Source: Hemiscyllium ocellatum
Taxonomy: Eukaryota
Assembly: GCF_020745735.1 (NCBI RefSeq)
Contig: NC_083411.1
Span: 89,390,328-89,454,327, forward strand
Length of the DNA: 64,000 bases
Reading direction: 5' to 3'
Shown: piece by piece, positions 62,097 through 64,000 of the stretch
Layout of the letters: each line of letters opens with the position of its first letter
Numbering within the stretch: position 1 is the first letter of the stretch
The notes under the pieces: generated by a model
What the model was told of the DNA's origin: nothing
The model's input: the letters and a program-made list of their open reading frames with translations, nothing else
Database searches by the model: none
Translations under genes and position numbers: made by a program

Positions 62097-63599
62097 CGTT
62101 GAATCCCTTCCTCCAATTAATTGTTTAATTACACACCATCATTCATAATTGAAAGTGACACAGCTGTCAAACTTTGTTTGGATCCATTGAATTCCATCAT
62201 ACACCTGATTTGTGCTTTGCCGGTAGAAACATAGAAATGTAGAAAATAGGAATGGGAGTTGACCATTCAACACCATTGAGTCGTCTCTGCCATTCAACAT
62301 GACCGTGACTGATCCTCAGATCTTGACATCATACTCCTGCTCTTCCCTTATCATATTTAGTCTCTAGGATTGAATATAGATGATGGACAGACTTTAAGAG
62401 TCAAGAAGCAAGTTACACAATATAAGAATATCCAGTGCCTGAGCTACTCTTGTACCCACATGAGTTAAGAATTGTTTGGCTGTGTTCAAATCATATTGTT
62501 TCTGCTGCTCTGGATGCCTGGAGTCCTATGTTGTAGCCTCACCAGGATCACAGCTCATTATTGAGTATACTGTATACCAGTGCTCACCTTGGCATTTTCT
62601 TATACACTCTTCATTGAACCAACATTTATTTGCTGCTTGCTGATAATATAGATTACTTGGTTAGAGTTTGTGGTTGAATACAACCCTGCTACTGCTCGTG
62701 GTCCATTAAGTCTTGTGGATATTCAGTTGTGAGCTGCTGTATCTGTTTCAAATCTATTTTATTTACAGTGATTGCAGTGCCACATAACACAATACAGAGT
62801 ACATCCTCTTTAAAGATAATATTTATTTCCTCAAGGAGTGTGTGGTGGTTATACCTACCAATACTATAATGGACAGATGTATCTGTGATAGAAGGATGAA
62901 GCTGAGTATGTTTGTGTCTCATTAATCTTCCCACCTCCCAGTCTAGCAGCTGTGTCTTTCAGGACATGCCTAGCTGGGACAGTTACCATAGTCTCATAGG
63001 GCTCTTGTTCTATCAGAAAGAGAGAGACTGCTGATGGTTTAATCTGAGTGTCACCAAGTCTCTGCAAGGGGAGATGTCATGAAGGAGAATCCTTCATGGT
63101 GACCTCTGGCTGGAACACATTTGGTGACAGATTTTTAAGAACCCTCCAGAATCAATGTTGTGTTCTCTCAGGACCATTCTCTCCTAATTCTACGTCACTA
63201 TGCCACCATCCTACTGTTGAAGAAGGCAAATAGTGATAATATTGGAGCATGAGATGTTGATTGATATTTCTGTGAAACATAACTGAATTCTTGAGCAGTC
63301 TGTGTGATAGTTCTCTCAATTTTGACAAAAGTCCTCACATGTTAGTGATTTAGACTTTGCAAGATTGACTCAAGGTATTCCTTTGTGGTGTACTGTGCTT
63401 AGGTTAACAATGGGTGGTCTCTGTATTCTCTTTAAGCTGTGCAGTTGCCCAGCTGCTTGGAGCTGTGCACACCAACTGGTGTGTGGACACATTGATCTCT
63501 GGTTCTGGAAGTCACTGATAGGCACAAGCCTCTGAGGCCATTTCAGAGGATACTTGAATTGAGCATTTTGCTGCAAGTCTGGAATCATACATATTCCAA

Positions 63600-63810
63600 A
63601 TCGGTTAGCTCAGTTGGTTGGATACTGATTGCAATACAGAGTGATGTCAGCAGCATGGATGCTAACACCAGCTGAGGTTACTATGAAGGAGTCTCCTTCT
63701 CAGCCTCTTTGCCTGAGATGTGATATCTGTCAGTTTAAACCATCACTAGTCATCTTTCTGTAATGAGAGGGAACCTTATGGTAAGACCATGGCTAGTTTA
63801 CCTTTCACCT
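63600..63810 (+). mobile_element. tRNA-derived SINE (related copies at ~3760-3895 and ~24225-24398)
   Basis: GGTTAGCTCAGTTGGTTGG head; shared CCAGCTGAGGTTA..TGAAGGA, GCCTGAG and TTAAAC..C.AGTC..TGAGAG..TATG..AAGAC.ATGG blocks. Confidence 0.55.
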
Positions 63811-64000
63811 TTGCATAGTCCAAACCTGTAAAGATGCTGGATTTCCTTCCTTAAAGGAAACAGTGAAACTGATGGATTTTTATCATAATCCAGTAGTTTC
63901 ATAGTCCCCACCACCAACACCATCTTTTATTTTTTATTTTATTGAATTAAACTACCAGCTTTTAATTCATATTTAATTAAAATTAAATTCTTCAGCTCCT

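Noticed and set aside
48668-64000. Calling the divergent + strand gene CETN2
   Set aside because: Only synteny and an X-box support it; I found no EF-hand or centrin exon in the window, and MAAK is not a recognisable centrin start.
1-64000. CRISPR arrays, rRNA genes, prokaryotic operons
   Set aside because: None seen; the sequence is intron-rich vertebrate DNA.

Overview
This is eukaryotic, repeat-rich vertebrate DNA, very probably from a shark or ray, because it carries HE1-type V-SINEs and abundant CR1 and Penelope-like elements. Two host genes lie on the minus strand. The first is a complete NSDHL coding sequence (7 coding exons, 45631->35016, 1035 nt, 344 aa, all GT-AG). The second is the first three coding exons of a SLAIN-motif gene (26689->7076, continuing past the window start), probably a third SLAIN paralogue rather than SLAIN1 or SLAIN2. 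A divergent CpG/CCAAT/X-box promoter at about 48.4-48.7 kb has a short + strand first exon (ATG GCT GCC AAG|GTGAGT) whose gene I cannot identify. Most of the remaining sequence is transposable elements: young and old CR1 LINEs, HE1 SINEs, a short tRNA-derived SINE, a Tx1/L1 fragment, a Tigger-like MITE and a decayed hAT transposase. The most striking pattern is a set of Penelope-like (GIY-YIG) retroelement families and their 90-250 bp derivatives. They carry minimal hammerhead ribozymes with cross-family covariation. They insert as fold-back structures between 9-17 bp target-site duplications, with one arm keeping a ~30-35 nt 3' tail and the other stopping at a near-fixed internal site. Many short copies are truncated at or beside the ribozyme. 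Repeat boundaries are approximate; exon boundaries were read from splice sites.
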